A DNA stretch of 64,000 nt from Octopus vulgaris. Its lineage: Eukaryota. Shown here piece by piece: positions 63,971-64,000 of the stretch. The notes below the pieces were generated by a model, which was not told where the DNA came from, ran no database searches, and saw nothing but the letters and a program-made list of their open reading frames with translations. Location of the stretch: positions 40,796,001 to 40,860,000 of the forward strand of contig OX597839.1 of the NCBI GenBank assembly GCA_951406725.2. Reading direction: 5' to 3'. A program made the position numbers and the translations under genes. How positions within the stretch are numbered: the stretch's first letter is position 1; the number at the start of each line of letters is the position of its first letter.

Positions 63971-64000
<30 letters not shown>

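Overview
Repeat-saturated, AT-rich eukaryotic non-coding DNA with no recognisable intact host gene. Almost all supplied ORFs are translations of microsatellites ((TA)n, (CA)n, (GATA)n, (TAA)n, (CAT)n, (GAA)n, (GGAA)n, (GGT)n). The SINE families and repeat landscape suggest an octopus or other coleoid cephalopod, which is inferred rather than searched. The non-simple sequence is mostly transposon debris: at least four tRNA-derived SINE families, a non-autonomous Helitron, a Tc1 transposase fragment, RTE and Dong/R4 LINE fragments, and several Penelope-like element (PLE) remnants (two GIY-YIG endonuclease fragments and pseudo-LTRs with minimal hammerheads). The standout is 44156-45521. It is a very young insertion into a (TA)n tract made of about 2.8 near-identical copies of a 483-bp unit: one inverted copy plus 1.8 head-to-tail copies. 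Each copy carries a complete type I hammerhead ribozyme, so this is a candidate retrozyme / circular-RNA retroelement that was probably copied in by PLE machinery.
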